A stretch of DNA of 64,000 nucleotides from contig CAYXIY010000001.1 of assembly GCA_964465475.1 (NCBI GenBank), positions 44,312 to 108,311 on the forward strand. Direction: 5' to 3'. Every line of letters begins with the position of its first letter. Position 1 is the stretch's first letter. Below, in pieces: positions 1 to 10,100 of the stretch. The translations under genes were made by a program, and so were the position numbers. The notes beneath the pieces were generated by a model, which did not search any database, was not told the origin of the DNA, and saw only the letters and a program-made list of their open reading frames with translations. Source of the DNA: an uncultured Acidimicrobium sp. (GTDB lineage: Bacteria; Actinomycetota; Acidimicrobiia; Acidimicrobiales; Ilumatobacteraceae).

Positions 1-570
1 CCAGTTGGAGAATGGCCAGATAGTGAGGAACGCTCGACCGACGACGAGATCTTCGTCGATCTCCCCGAACATACGGCTGTCGTAGGACTGCGGACGATTG
101 TCCCCGACCACGAACACGTGCCCCTCACTGACGGTCAACTTCTCGAGTTCAAAAACCCTGCAGCGCTCTTCGTAGTCGCTGTAGGACAAGGTGATCGGAT
201 CGAGATAGGGCTCGGCGATTCTCTTGTTGTTCACGTAGACGTTGCAATCGATGATCTGGACGGTGTCGCCAGGAAGCCCGATGACTCGCTTGATCAAATC
301 GTCATGATGGACGGTCTCGCCATCGGTGGTGACACGGTCGAACACGACCACGTCCCCTCGACCTATGCCATGGAGTCGGTATGAGAGCTTGTTCACGAGG
401 ACCCTGTTGTCCTGGAACAGAGTCGGTTCCATGCTGGGGCCCGAGATGTAGAACTGCTGCAGGACAAAGGTTCGAATCGTGAGGGCAATGACGAGTGCCG
501 TGACGATGACGACGAGCCACTCTCTGACGATCTTGAGTGTCGAATCTGTCTGTGGAGGCTGAGTATTCAT
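1..570 (-). CDS. lepB: Signal peptidase I (partial; C-terminal end runs off the window)
   Basis: Reverse-strand translation of 1..570 is open to the window edge, so it is absent from the ORF track. It gives MNTQPPQ...SGPSMEPTL...KRVIGLPGD...VVGDNRPQSYDSRMFG...TIWPFSNW. These are the catalytic Ser box, Lys box and GDNR/SxDSR boxes of type I signal peptidase. ATG at 570..568. Confidence 0.85.
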   Translation of the reverse strand, partial: MNTQPPQTDSTLKIVREWLVVIVTALVIALTIRTFVLQQFYISGPSMEPTLFQDNRVLVNKLSYRLHGIGRGDVVVFDRVTTDGETVHHDDLIKRVIGLPGDTVQIIDCNVYVNNKRIAEPYLDPITLSYSDYEERCRVFELEKLTVSEGHVFVVGDNRPQSYDSRMFGEIDEDLVVGRAFLTIWPFSNW

Positions 571-578
571 GATTGGCG

Positions 579-1934
579 CTAGAGCGACTCAATCAACTTA
601 GTGACCCTGTCGTCCTGACTGGCGAATGGGTCCTTGCACAAAACGGTGCGCTGGGCTTGGTCGTTCAGCTTGAGGTGCACCCAATCGACCGTGTAGTCAC
701 GCTTGCGAGCTTTGGCCTGACGGATGAATTCGCCTCGAAGGCGTGCACGCGTCGTCTGCGGTGGAATCGTCATCGCTCTCGTCACCTCTTCCGGTGTTGA
801 CACTCGATCTACGACCCTCCTGCGCTCGAGGTTGTAGAACACCCCTCGTCTCGTCGAGATGTCGTGATACTGCAGATCGAGTGCCAAGACCTTTGCGTCA
901 TCCAATTCGAGCCCGTCACGGGCACGCAATCCTTCGATGAGCTTGTACTTCGTGACCCAGTCACAGGTGCGTTCGAGCTGCAATGGATCCCTGGCAAGCG
1001 TCCGCAACGTGTCTTCCCAAAGCTTCAGCACCCTCTGTTCTTCCTCGTCTGTGTCATGAGTTCGGGCGAACTTGTGGGCACGCTCGAGGAATTCGGTCTG
1101 AATGTCCAACGCCGACAGCTCACGTCCGCTCGCAAGCCTGATCTTGCGAGTACAGGTGATGTCATGGCTGATGTCTCGGACCGCTCGAATGGGATTCTCC
1201 AAGGTGAAGTCCCGTAGGGAGAAGTTTGGATCCTCGATCATCCGAAGGACGAGAGATGTGGTTCCGAGCTTGAGCATTGTGGCGACTTCATTCATGTTTG
1301 AGTCCCCGACGATGACGTGAAGGCGGCGGTACTTGTCCGGATCGGCGTGTGGCTCGTCACGGGTGTTGATAATGGGTCTGCTGCGAGTCGTCGCCGAGCT
1401 CGACGAATCCCAAATGTGCTCCGATCGCTGGGCGATCGAAAAGATCGGACCTCGCGCCGTCTGCAACACGTGCCCTGCGCCGGCGTAGATCTGTCTGGTC
1501 GCCAGGAACGGGATGAGATTTGGTTCGTAGGACTCGGGTTCTAGTGCCCTTTCCGTGGAGTAGTTCTCATGGCAGCCATAGCTGTTACCCGCACTGTCAA
1601 GATTGTTCTTGAGCAGGTAGATCGTTCCTCTGATTCCTTCGTCTCGAAGTCTCTGTTCTGCCGATTCGGTCAGCTCTTCGAGGATCCGCTCCCCCGCTCG
1701 GTCGTGAACAACCGCGTCGTGGAGGTTGTCGCATTCGCCCGTTGCATATTCCGGATGGGAGCCGACGTCGAGATACAGCCGTGCACCGTTTTCGAGAAAC
1801 ACGTTCGAGCTTCGACCCCACGAGACGACCTTCCTGAACAGGTAGCGAGCGACTTCATCAGGACTGAGTCTGCGCTGACCGCGAAGGACGCAGGTGATCC
1901 CGTATTCCGTCTCGACACCGATGATGCGGCGCAC
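579..1934 (-). CDS. pafA: Pup--protein ligase PafA
   Basis: 451 aa with a GTG start and N-terminus [11 protein letters not shown]. Paralogous to the Dop ORF (shared [24 protein letters not shown] motifs) but about 45 aa shorter, as PafA is relative to Dop. Lies 2 nt downstream of prcA. Confidence 0.9.
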   Translation of the reverse strand: MRRIIGVETEYGITCVLRGQRRLSPDEVARYLFRKVVSWGRSSNVFLENGARLYLDVGSHPEYATGECDNLHDAVVHDRAGERILEELTESAEQRLRDEGIRGTIYLLKNNLDSAGNSYGCHENYSTERALEPESYEPNLIPFLATRQIYAGAGHVLQTARGPIFSIAQRSEHIWDSSSSATTRSRPIINTRDEPHADPDKYRRLHVIVGDSNMNEVATMLKLGTTSLVLRMIEDPNFSLRDFTLENPIRAVRDISHDITCTRKIRLASGRELSALDIQTEFLERAHKFARTHDTDEEEQRVLKLWEDTLRTLARDPLQLERTCDWVTKYKLIEGLRARDGLELDDAKVLALDLQYHDISTRRGVFYNLERRRVVDRVSTPEEVTRAMTIPPQTTRARLRGEFIRQAKARKRDYTVDWVHLKLNDQAQRTVLCKDPFASQDDRVTKLIESL

Positions 1935-1936
1935 CG

Positions 1937-2614
1937 TCAGGCCGAAAGGTGGTTCGCTACCACGTCGTCAGGCAAGCGCCTGAAACAACGTCGGGGCGCA
2001 CCGCGCTCGAGCACGGCAACCTCGAGATCCCGCGCCCCGAGCGTTCGGGACTGACCCGACAACGCAGATACGGCGTTTCGAATCGCAAGACCGAGCCCAT
2101 CTGAGGGATTCGCTGCGGCCGTGCGAGTCTTCATTTCGTCGGATTCACCGCCGATGACGGCGCATCGCTCCTCGTCGAGCACGGTTCCGTCGTACATGAT
2201 TCGGTAGAGACGATCAGTCGCTTGCGTCACACCCACCTCGACGACGAGGATCTCGATCTCCAATGGCTTGACCTCGTGGGTGAATGTGTTGGCGATGAGC
2301 TGCGCGTACTGATTGGCGAGACTGCGCGCATCAACGTCCTGACGTGAGAATTGGTAACCCTTCAGGTCTGCAGCACGAACACCGGCGACCCTGAGCTGGT
2401 CGAATTCGCTGTACTTGCCGACCCCGGCAAAGGCGATGCGGTCGTAGATTTCGCTGATCTTTCGCAACGTGGAACTGGGATTCTCCGCGACGAGGACTAT
2501 CCCCTGGTCGTACTGGAGTGCAATGAGCGACCGACCGCGCGCGATTCCCTTGCGGGCATAGTCGGCCCGATCCTGCATCATTTGCTCGGGCGAGACGTAG
2601 TACGGCATGCTCAT
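1937..2614 (-). CDS. prcA: Proteasome alpha subunit
   Basis: N-terminus [33 protein letters not shown] closely resembles actinobacterial PrcA. ATGA overlap with the prcB stop. Confidence 0.9.
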   Translation of the reverse strand: MSMPYYVSPEQMMQDRADYARKGIARGRSLIALQYDQGIVLVAENPSSTLRKISEIYDRIAFAGVGKYSEFDQLRVAGVRAADLKGYQFSRQDVDARSLANQYAQLIANTFTHEVKPLEIEILVVEVGVTQATDRLYRIMYDGTVLDEERCAVIGGESDEMKTRTAAANPSDGLGLAIRNAVSALSGQSRTLGARDLEVAVLERGAPRRCFRRLPDDVVANHLSA

Positions 2615-3387
2615 GCGTTCCTCACCTCCTCAGAGATTGTGCTGAAGATCGACGACAACGCGCCGTTGTCGATGAAGCGGAATCCGGAAGAATCGATTGT
2701 GGCAACCGATGGAACGATTCCGCGTACTGGGTCGTATCCACCTGTCGCACTGTCCGCCTCGGCGGCCTGCCACAGAGCTCGACAGGCCAAGTCAATCGCG
2801 GCGTCAAGCGTGAGGGACGACTTCCAGCCAAGACGGATCGTGGTTGATGCATGGAGCATTCCGGAACCCGTCGCCACGAAGTCCTTCTCCTCGTAACGTC
2901 CACCGGTGGCGTCGTACGCCCAGATTCGCGACGAAGCGGTCGCCGGCTCGAACCCTGCAAAGATCGGAACCACCATGAGCCCCTGCATCGCTGCAGGAAG
3001 GTTGTTGCGCACGAAGAGGGAGAGTTGATTTGCCTTGCCCTCCAGGGAGAGCGCCTGTCCTTCGACCTTCTCGTAGTGCTCGATCTGCAATTGGAACAGC
3101 TTGACCATCTCCATCGCCGTACCGGCCGCACCCGCAATGGCGACGCCGCTGTAGGCGTCCGCTTGCATGACCTTGTCCATCTCGCGGTGTGAGATGAGAT
3201 TTCCCGATGTCGCACGACGATCGCCAGCGATTACCACGCCGTTGGTGCTCCTGATGGCGACGCACGTTGTCGCGTGGGGAACCGTGAGGGATCCCGCGTC
3301 GGACGTAGCGAGTGCGAAGGGTTCGATGCCGTGCGCGCGCAACAGTGCATCGAACCTCGGACCGATGTCGAACTCCGACGACGTCAC
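2611..3387 (-). CDS. prcB: Proteasome beta subunit (with propeptide)
   Basis: About 39-aa propeptide followed by ...PHA/TTCVAIRSTNGVVIAGDRR (catalytic Thr1 context). GTGA overlap with the pup stop. Confidence 0.9.
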   Translation of the reverse strand: MTSSEFDIGPRFDALLRAHGIEPFALATSDAGSLTVPHATTCVAIRSTNGVVIAGDRRATSGNLISHREMDKVMQADAYSGVAIAGAAGTAMEMVKLFQLQIEHYEKVEGQALSLEGKANQLSLFVRNNLPAAMQGLMVVPIFAGFEPATASSRIWAYDATGGRYEEKDFVATGSGMLHASTTIRLGWKSSLTLDAAIDLACRALWQAAEADSATGGYDPVRGIVPSVATIDSSGFRFIDNGALSSIFSTISEEVRNA

Positions 3388-3572
3388 TGGCCACCCTTTT
3401 GGACGTAGTTCTTCACGAACTCTTCGGCATTGGTTTCGAGTACCTCATCGATCTCGGACAACAAATCGTCGAGTTCCGCAACGAGTCCGCTTGTAGGAGT
3501 CGAGGGAACCTCCTCCGACGTTGATTCTTCAACGGTTTTGTGGGGAGTCGACTTCTGAATGCGCTCAGCCAT
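3384..3572 (-). CDS. pup: Prokaryotic ubiquitin-like protein Pup
   Basis: 62-aa acidic protein MAERIQKSTPHK...LDDLLSEIDEVLETNAEEFVKNYVQKGGQ ending in GGQ. Sits between dop and prcB. ATG at 3572 is preferred over the TTG-extended track start at 3590. Confidence 0.85.
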   Translation of the reverse strand: MAERIQKSTPHKTVEESTSEEVPSTPTSGLVAELDDLLSEIDEVLETNAEEFVKNYVQKGGQ

Positions 3573-3615
3573 GAGCCGAGGGTATCGCAAGAAAGCACTC
3601 GATTTCCATCGCTAA

Positions 3616-5109
3616 TCAGGTATCGATCGAGTGCCCTTCAAGGCGTCGAAGGAACTCACCCAGGTTCGGACGGTCCCGAAAGAGGTTCTCTACGAGTTGG
3701 CGTGTGCCCTTCAGCGGACTGGGCATGTCGACTCGCTTCAACACGTCATCCCCTACGTCCACGACGATCGAGTCCCAATTTGCCGAGACAATGTCGGGAG
3801 AGAAGTGATCCATCATCATTCCCCGCATGTATGCACGAGTGTCACTCGGAGGCGTGTCGATTGCGAGTGTGACTCTTTCGGGTGGAACGATCGTGTCGAG
3901 GCCACATCTGGCCGCCAAAGATTTCTCTGGTCGCAGGTCGTGGTATTGCAAATCGATTGCCTTCAGGCGCGGGTCGCCGTCTCGCAGACCATGTCTGGAC
4001 CGATATCCCTCAACGATTCGCCGCTTGGCAACCCAGTCAATGAGTTGATGTGCCCGTGGACTCATGGTCTCTACGGCAATCAACATCTCCTCCCAGGTGC
4101 GAAGGACCATGTCGACGACGTCGGAAGACGAACCGATGTCGAGTCCCCGCCGTACCGCATCGCTACATCTTTCAAAGAGATCCTGTTGGACCTCGAGCGC
4201 TGAGATCATGCGGCCATCCTCGAGAAGGATCTTGTGGTTGAAGTCGAGGTCATAGGAGACCTGTCGAATCTCCATGACCGGATCCGCAATGACGAGATGA
4301 GGGGGTATTAAGTCTTCCTCGATGAGTGCGAGCACAAGTTGAGTTGACCCAACTCGAACGAGCGTTGCAGCCTGGCTCATGTTGGCATCGCCGACGATCA
4401 CGTGGAATCGTCGCCAGTTGGTCGGATCGCAGTGTGGCTCGTCGCGGGTGTTGACGATGGGTCGCTTGATCGTCGTCTCGAGTCCGACTTCCTCCTCGAA
4501 GAAATCCGCTCGTTGGGAGATCTGGAAGCCCTCAGTCGTTGGACGATTCAGCGGGAACTCTCTTCCAACCTTCCCCGCGCCGAGAATGATCTGGCGAGTG
4601 ACGAAGTGTGGGGTGATGAACGCCGCGAGACGGTCGAATGCAACGTCGCGAGAAACGAGATAGTTCTCATGTGCCCCGTAGCTGTTTCCCTTTCCGTCCG
4701 AATTGTTCTTGTGCACGATGATTTCCGCGCCTGCCGGCAGCTGTGCGTTCGCGGCCACGACTGATCGCCGAACGATCTCATCAGCGGCGAGGTCGTAGGC
4801 GACCACGTCGAGCGCGTTCGTGCACTCTGGTCCGGAAACCTCTGGATGGGCGTGGTCGACGTAATAACGGGAGCCATTCGTCAGAACGCTGTTGACTATC
4901 TGAGTCTCGATCTCGGGCAAGAACTGGTCGTCGAGGGTGAAGCCGCGAGCATCGTCGCCAGGCCGTTCGAGCGTGTAGTCCCAAGATGCTGAACCAGACG
5001 CCGAATAACTTCCTACGACGAGTGAGGATGCAGCAATCGGGCCCATCTCAGAGCCAACGGCGAGGATGCCGTATTCGGTCTCGATGCCGCAGATTTTCGG
5101 TGTCGTCAC
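3616..5109 (-). CDS. dop: Pup deamidase/depupylase Dop
   Basis: 497 aa, TTPKICGIETEYG, HENY, NTRDEPHCD, HVIVGD. Longer than the PafA paralogue and immediately upstream of pup. The GTG start abuts the arc stop. Confidence 0.9.
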   Translation of the reverse strand: MTTPKICGIETEYGILAVGSEMGPIAASSLVVGSYSASGSASWDYTLERPGDDARGFTLDDQFLPEIETQIVNSVLTNGSRYYVDHAHPEVSGPECTNALDVVAYDLAADEIVRRSVVAANAQLPAGAEIIVHKNNSDGKGNSYGAHENYLVSRDVAFDRLAAFITPHFVTRQIILGAGKVGREFPLNRPTTEGFQISQRADFFEEEVGLETTIKRPIVNTRDEPHCDPTNWRRFHVIVGDANMSQAATLVRVGSTQLVLALIEEDLIPPHLVIADPVMEIRQVSYDLDFNHKILLEDGRMISALEVQQDLFERCSDAVRRGLDIGSSSDVVDMVLRTWEEMLIAVETMSPRAHQLIDWVAKRRIVEGYRSRHGLRDGDPRLKAIDLQYHDLRPEKSLAARCGLDTIVPPERVTLAIDTPPSDTRAYMRGMMMDHFSPDIVSANWDSIVVDVGDDVLKRVDMPSPLKGTRQLVENLFRDRPNLGEFLRRLEGHSIDT

Positions 5110-6759
5110 CTAGAGGTACTGTCCCGTCACGACGCGTTCGATCGCCTTGCCGCCCGTCTCCGCAACGCCATCACGTCCGTGCGACTTGAGTGTGCGGATG
5201 AACACGATTCGCTCTCCACGTCGCCCGGAGATTCGCGCCCAGTCATCCGGGTTCGTGGTGTTCGGGAGGTCCTCATGTTCGCGGAACTCTTCACGCACGC
5301 TGTCCGTGAGGTCATCAAGGCACACTCCCCTCGCGCCGCCGGCGAGCTCCCGCTTGATCGCGAGCTTCTTCGCCCTTCGAACGATGTTTTCAATCATCGC
5401 GCCAGACGAGAAGTCCTTGAAGTGCAGGATCTCCTTGTCGCCCGCCTGATAGGTGACCTCAAGAAATTCGTTGTCGGTGCCAGTCGCATACATCGCCTCC
5501 ACGGTGGCGTCGATCAGCGCAGTTACACCTCCGTCGCCGTGGACGCCGAGTGGGACGTCACTCGTGAGGTACCGAGAGAAGATTTGCTTGGCGGCCTCAG
5601 CATCTGGACGATCGATCTTGATCTTGACGTCGAGTCTGCCAGGGCGAAGGATCGCGGGGTCGATCAGATCTTCGCGATTCGTCGCTCCGATCACGATGAC
5701 GTTCCGCAGGCTCTCGACGCCGTCGATCTCTGCGAGCAGCTGAGGAACGATCGTGGATTCCATGTCGCTCGAGATGCCGGAGCCACGGATACGGAACATC
5801 GAATCCATCTCGTCGAAGAAGACGATCACCGGCCAGCCCTCGAAACTCTTCTCACGAGCGCGTTGGAAGATCAAGCGAATGTGACGCTCGGTCTCACCCA
5901 CGTACTTGTTCAACAGCTCTGGACCCTTCACGTTGATGAAATAGCTCCTGGCCTTGTCCGCTCCGGAACGACGAGCAACCTTCTGAGCGAGGCTGTTGGC
6001 CACGGCCTTGGCGATCAGCGTCTTGCCGCAACCGGGTGGGCCGTACAACAAGATGCCCTTTGGTGCCGGGAGCTGGTACTCGGCGAACAAATCTGCATGC
6101 AAGAACGGCAGTTCGACCGCGTCGGCGATCATCTCGATCTGTGTGCCCAGGCCGCCGATATTCTCGTAGCTCACTTCTGGCACTTCTTCCATGAACAAGT
6201 GCTCGAAGTCGTCGGTGCGAAGTTGCTCGATTACGAGGTCGGTGCGCGGCTCGACGACGACGACGTCGCCGGTGCGCAGCGTTCGCCCCCGGAGTGAGTC
6301 TGCCAGTTCGAAGACGCGATCATCGTCCCCGCGAAGGCTCACGACGACTCGCGTGCCGTCCTCGAGCACCTCCTTGAGCGTCGCGATCTCCCCGGTGCGC
6401 TGACCGCTCTTCACCGCAACGATTGCAGACGCATCATTGAGGACAACCTCCGCGCCGATCGCCAACTCTTCCGACGTCAGGCGTGGGTGGCTCGAGACGC
6501 GAAGTTTGCGCCCGTTCGACACGACGTCGTACGTCCCATCCTCGTCGTGGTGACCGACGATGACCCCGTAACCCATAGGTGGCGTCGTGAGCTTGGCCAC
6601 TTCCTCACGCAGTTTGCCGATGTGGTCACGTGCTTCACGCAACGTGAATTCGAGCTTCTCGTTCTGGGCTGTCAGTCGGGCGAGTTGGGCCTTGGACTCG
6701 AGCAGGCGCTCCTCGGCAGTCTGCTTGGGGCTTCGTGCGTTCGTGTCGTCAGATCCCAT
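5110..6759 (-). CDS. arc: Proteasome-associated AAA ATPase ARC/Mpa
   Basis: N-terminal coiled coil, Walker A GPPGCGKT, Walker [11 protein letters not shown]-terminal GQYL docking motif. ATG at 6759 is preceded by GGAGG; the track start at 6837 is probably an over-extension. Confidence 0.9.
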   Translation of the reverse strand: MGSDDTNARSPKQTAEERLLESKAQLARLTAQNEKLEFTLREARDHIGKLREEVAKLTTPPMGYGVIVGHHDEDGTYDVVSNGRKLRVSSHPRLTSEELAIGAEVVLNDASAIVAVKSGQRTGEIATLKEVLEDGTRVVVSLRGDDDRVFELADSLRGRTLRTGDVVVVEPRTDLVIEQLRTDDFEHLFMEEVPEVSYENIGGLGTQIEMIADAVELPFLHADLFAEYQLPAPKGILLYGPPGCGKTLIAKAVANSLAQKVARRSGADKARSYFINVKGPELLNKYVGETERHIRLIFQRAREKSFEGWPVIVFFDEMDSMFRIRGSGISSDMESTIVPQLLAEIDGVESLRNVIVIGATNREDLIDPAILRPGRLDVKIKIDRPDAEAAKQIFSRYLTSDVPLGVHGDGGVTALIDATVEAMYATGTDNEFLEVTYQAGDKEILHFKDFSSGAMIENIVRRAKKLAIKRELAGGARGVCLDDLTDSVREEFREHEDLPNTTNPDDWARISGRRGERIVFIRTLKSHGRDGVAETGGKAIERVVTGQYL

Positions 6760-6892
6760 GGCGCCTCCGCTGTGTGTCCCAAGTCTCAACTTACCGAGGT
6801 CTGTCGTGCCCGTCCAATGAGGCCTTGCCTTCGGCATGTGACCTTCAGCGTGTACTCTTGATGAAGCCGAATGGCCTAACGGAAAGGTTGTT

Positions 6893-7138
6893 ATGAAGGT
6901 CTGGATTGATCAGGATTTGTGCACGGGCGACGGTTTGTGTGAGGAAATTGCCCCGGACGTGTTCACACTCCTCGACGATGGTCTCGCCTACGTGCGCGAG
7001 AAGGACAAGATCTTTGCAACCGCCAAGGGCAATCCCCAGGGTGCCGAGGGCATGGCAGAAATCCCCGAAGGCAAGTTGGATGGCGTCATCGAGTCCGCCG
7101 AAGAGTGCCCAGGAGAGTGCATTTTCATCGAGCCATAA
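6893..7138 (+). CDS. Small single-cluster ferredoxin
   Basis: 81 aa with ...[19 protein letters not shown]...[12 protein letters not shown], the CxxxxxC...CP pattern of actinobacterial 3Fe-4S/4Fe-4S ferredoxins. GGAAAGG RBS upstream of the ATG. Confidence 0.8.
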   Translation: MKVWIDQDLCTGDGLCEEIAPDVFTLLDDGLAYVREKDKIFATAKGNPQGAEGMAEIPEGKLDGVIESAEECPGECIFIEP

Positions 7139-7141
7139 GGC

Positions 7142-7909
7142 TCAACCGAGATATCGCGCAACGGTGAGAAACGCCGTGTGTGCAACCATTCGGTGATCTG
7201 GTCGCACTGCCTGCCCTTCGATGTGCCACGTGCGGTGCAGGACTTCGAGTGTTCGCTCTTCTATCCAACCGCTCGACATCGACTCACGAACCTTGACGGC
7301 CTGTGTAATGCTCGGCGTGTAGGCGACGAGCAGTCCCCCGGGGCGAAGCGCGGAGCTGGCATGCGGGACGACGTTCCACGGCTCGGGAAGGTCGAGGACG
7401 ATTCGATCGAAACCATCTCCGTCGATTCCCTCGTATGCATCACGAATCGAGACGTCGTAACGAGACAGCGGTTCCTCCCCGAGGAAGGAACGAACGTTTG
7501 ACACCGCCCTGTTGGCGAAGTCCTCACGGATTTCGTATCCCGTAATGTGCACTCCTTGACGAAGCATCGCCATCGACAGAGCACCTGATCCCAGGCCAGT
7601 TTCGAACACGCGCAGACCAGGCTTCATGTCGCCGATCATGCAGATCGTTGCCAAGTCCTTCGGATAGATGACCTGAGCTCCGCGAGGCATCTCCAAGACG
7701 AAATCCTCGAGCGTCGGCCGGAGGATGTGATATCGCGAGCCCTTGGCCGTTTCGAGCGCGATGCCCTCGGACGCTCCGACGATCTGCGAGTGCGGGATGA
7801 AGCCTGCGTGCGTATGGAACTCGCCGCCCTCCTTCAGCACCTCCAAGTAGCGCCGATCCTTCGAGTCCCTGATCAGGACTCGATCACCGTAGGCAAATGG
7901 TGTGCTCAC
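7142..7909 (-). CDS. trmI: tRNA (adenine58-N1)-methyltransferase TrmI
   Basis: 255 aa with SAM-binding ETGLGSGALS. Linkage to arc/mpa is conserved in mycobacteria. GTG start. Confidence 0.8.
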   Translation of the reverse strand: MSTPFAYGDRVLIRDSKDRRYLEVLKEGGEFHTHAGFIPHSQIVGASEGIALETAKGSRYHILRPTLEDFVLEMPRGAQVIYPKDLATICMIGDMKPGLRVFETGLGSGALSMAMLRQGVHITGYEIREDFANRAVSNVRSFLGEEPLSRYDVSIRDAYEGIDGDGFDRIVLDLPEPWNVVPHASSALRPGGLLVAYTPSITQAVKVRESMSSGWIEERTLEVLHRTWHIEGQAVRPDHRMVAHTAFLTVARYLG

Positions 7910-8068
7910 GAGTTCCCACTAGACGGGCGCGAAACGTATCGACGACGAACATAGCCCGCGGTGCGCACGACTGGCTCGACCCACCACCCAAGCAGACGAC
8001 GTGCGATGCGGAGGAAGATCCACGACACGATGCGGCGAAGACGGGATGGGCGTCGTGTCGCAGCTTGG

Positions 8069-8272
8069 TCAGCGATCAAGACCCGACCTGCTCCTGCGAC
8101 CACGGCGACGGCCCAGCAAGTAGGACACGAGGAGTGCGAGCAAGCCAGCACCGACTGCACCCGCGACGACCATCGACTTGCGCTCCTCGACGTCACCGGT
8201 AACTTGTCGCTGCAAAGACCGAAACTTGTCCTCGAGGTCCGCTCTGGTCACGCGATCCTGCGGACTGCTCAT
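8069..8272 (-). CDS. Small C-terminally membrane-anchored protein (DUF3618-like)
   Basis: 67 aa: hydrophilic helical N-terminus, one TM (VVAGAVGAGLLALLVSYLL), Arg-rich tail. ATGA-coupled to the upstream gene. Confidence 0.5.
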   Translation of the reverse strand: MSSPQDRVTRADLEDKFRSLQRQVTGDVEERKSMVVAGAVGAGLLALLVSYLLGRRRGRRSRSGLDR

Positions 8273-8595
8273 CGCGTGGAATCTCCTGGGTGCAACGACG
8301 TCACGAAGATGCGGCTACGGGTCACTCCGATGACGATGACGGACCCAACAAGCACGATGAAGTACGGGGCAAACGACCAGCCGCCATCGAAGGCACTGAC
8401 GGTCTGAAGTGCCCGGAGCCCACCAATGCCGAGGAACACGAGTCCAATGGTCATGAGGACGCCGCCGAAGAGGCCAAACGCGACCCAACGCCCTACTCCT
8501 CTGATGGGCTCGACCGTCTGTTGGCGCGCGTACGTACGCACCATGTCGACGAGCTCGCGAAACGAGGAGCCTTCGGTCGTGGTCGGGGAACTCAC
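8269..8595 (-). CDS. Small 2-3 TM membrane protein (actinobacterial holin-X / Phage_holin_3_6-like)
   Basis: The hydrophobic segments WVAFGLFGGVLMTIGLVFLGIGGL and FAPYFIVLVGSVIVIGV match a family usually paired with DUF3618. GTG at 8595 with GAAGGGG upstream is preferred, because the track start at 8703 would overlap PBP4. Confidence 0.5.
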   Translation of the reverse strand: MSSPTTTEGSSFRELVDMVRTYARQQTVEPIRGVGRWVAFGLFGGVLMTIGLVFLGIGGLRALQTVSAFDGGWSFAPYFIVLVGSVIVIGVTRSRIFVTSLHPGDSTR

Positions 8596-8633
8596 CCCTT
8601 CATTCAACCAGCGAAAGGCTGAGTCTTGGCGGC

Positions 8634-10100
8634 CTAGGGAGCGACGTCGGCAGCGCTTGGAGAGGCCGACGCGCTCCCCATTGCATTGGCGAGGGCACTC
8701 CAAATCGGTCGGTAGGAGCCCTGATTGGACACGCCTTTTCCGTTCAGCAGCAATGAAAACTGCACCGCCAACGATTCCCCGTACCTCGTGAATCCACTCA
8801 GGGTCTTCACGTCAGTCAGGGTTCCGGTCTTCGCGAGGATCCGACCAGCGACCGTCGAATCGGTGAGGATGTCCCGCAACGTCCCGGTCTTGCCGAGCTG
8901 TGCGAGCCCATTCGCGATGTCGCCATATCCGCCGTCAGAGGCGAGGATCTGCATGAACAACCTGCAGGTCGCTCGATTGGCGCGATCAAGACCAGATCCA
9001 TCGGTCATGGAGAATCCGTCCGTCGTGAATCCCTGGTCGGACAGATGCTGAATGACGGCAGCAATTCCCGCCTCCCGCGAACCGACGCCCCCGGCTTTCA
9101 GACCGATCTCCTTCAAGATCAGCTCTGCCGTGTTGTTGTCACTGTTCGTCAACATTTCGGCGATGATGTCACGAAGTGGCCGGGAGACGACAGAAGCGAT
9201 TTCGCCGACGTCCGTTGCTGCAACTCCGACGCGAGGGGAACCTGACACGGTGACTCCGCGTTCTGTGAGTAGCCGGTTGACTTCAATCGCTGCTGCAAGT
9301 GCGGGCTGATCCGGCTTGATCGGAGAGGTTGCGAGAGTTCCATCGCTCACCATCAGTGCTCCAAGGGGACCGACTTCGGTTCCTTTGATTCCGAGTCCCA
9401 AATTCGGTGCGAATCTCTCTGTGTCGTAGCGACTCTCGTCGCCGACTACCGATCCGCTGATACTGGATATTCCCTTTGCGATGATCGCGTCGACCAAGTC
9501 CTCGAGCCTCGTCTGGTTGAACGTTGGGAAGAATTCCCGACGTGGATAATCGTCGGTGACGAGAACGGGGTCGCCTCCGCCCACGACGACGAGGTCGCCA
9601 ACCACACTCGAGCCCTCGACGACTCCACGGGCGGATGTGTTGAACGTGTAGTCGGGTCCGAGGATCGTCAGCGCAGCGTGGGCGACCACCAGCTTCATGT
9701 TGCTCGCGGGGATCAACGACGAAACGGGATTCACTTCGACGAGAGCTCGTCCTTCGACGTTCACGACGAGACAGGAATCCGCCGGCAGCGAGTTGGCGAC
9801 CGACACGAGTCGACGTCGTACTGACGCGATTCGGACTTCTTCCGACAGCGTTTGCGGAAAGTGACGAGCACTGATGATCGGCGTCGTCAAAGGCGGAACG
9901 TCACGAACACCATGGGTCGACACCGACGTCGCAACGTTGTCGACGAAACGCCATGCGAAGCCCAGGACCGATCCGACGACGAGGGTCGCGCCCCCGAGCA
10001 GAGTGGCGACAACCTTCGCCGAGCCGACCTTCACGTCCTTGCGGACCTGGTCGAGTGGACGTGAGCGATCAACCACGACGCATCCCCCACTTGGTGGCAT
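8634..10100 (-). CDS. dacB: D-Ala-D-Ala carboxypeptidase/endopeptidase, PBP4 (S13) family
   Basis: SxxK (ASNMK), SxN (NSDNN) and KTG (AKTGTL) boxes plus an N-terminal TM anchor. The start is uncertain; alternative GTGs lie at 10079..10073. Confidence 0.8.
   Translation of the reverse strand: MPPSGGCVVVDRSRPLDQVRKDVKVGSAKVVATLLGGATLVVGSVLGFAWRFVDNVATSVSTHGVRDVPPLTTPIISARHFPQTLSEEVRIASVRRRLVSVANSLPADSCLVVNVEGRALVEVNPVSSLIPASNMKLVVAHAALTILGPDYTFNTSARGVVEGSSVVGDLVVVGGGDPVLVTDDYPRREFFPTFNQTRLEDLVDAIIAKGISSISGSVVGDESRYDTERFAPNLGLGIKGTEVGPLGALMVSDGTLATSPIKPDQPALAAAIEVNRLLTERGVTVSGSPRVGVAATDVGEIASVVSRPLRDIIAEMLTNSDNNTAELILKEIGLKAGGVGSREAGIAAVIQHLSDQGFTTDGFSMTDGSGLDRANRATCRLFMQILASDGGYGDIANGLAQLGKTGTLRDILTDSTVAGRILAKTGTLTDVKTLSGFTRYGESLAVQFSLLLNGKGVSNQGSYRPIWSALANAMGSASASPSAADVAP

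Noticed and set aside
5179-6297. 372-aa plus-strand ORF antisense to arc. Similar long shadow ORFs occur at 13885..14877, 25713..27137, 30475..31398, 31334-region 30962..32005, 34739..35968, 38203..39423, 43093..43722, 48205..49146, 51704..53590, 55217..56023, 57661..58701, 60111..60848 and 61075..61842.
   Set aside because: Each lies fully inside a confidently assigned gene on the other strand. All have Arg/Asp/Val/Leu-biased, motif-free translations typical of high-GC antisense frames. None has a recognisable family signature.
7910-8068. Possible tRNA or small RNA in the larger gaps (7910..8068, 17343..17511, 20364..20436, 28211..28320).
   Set aside because: I found no T-loop (GTTCGAATC-like) or acceptor-stem complementarity and no rRNA-like sequence. 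The gaps are consistent with promoters and 5' UTRs.
8269-8595. Prophage or lysis cassette suggested by the holin-like family name.
   Set aside because: There is no endolysin, terminase, capsid, integrase or att-like repeat anywhere in the window. The pair is a common chromosomal actinobacterial module.
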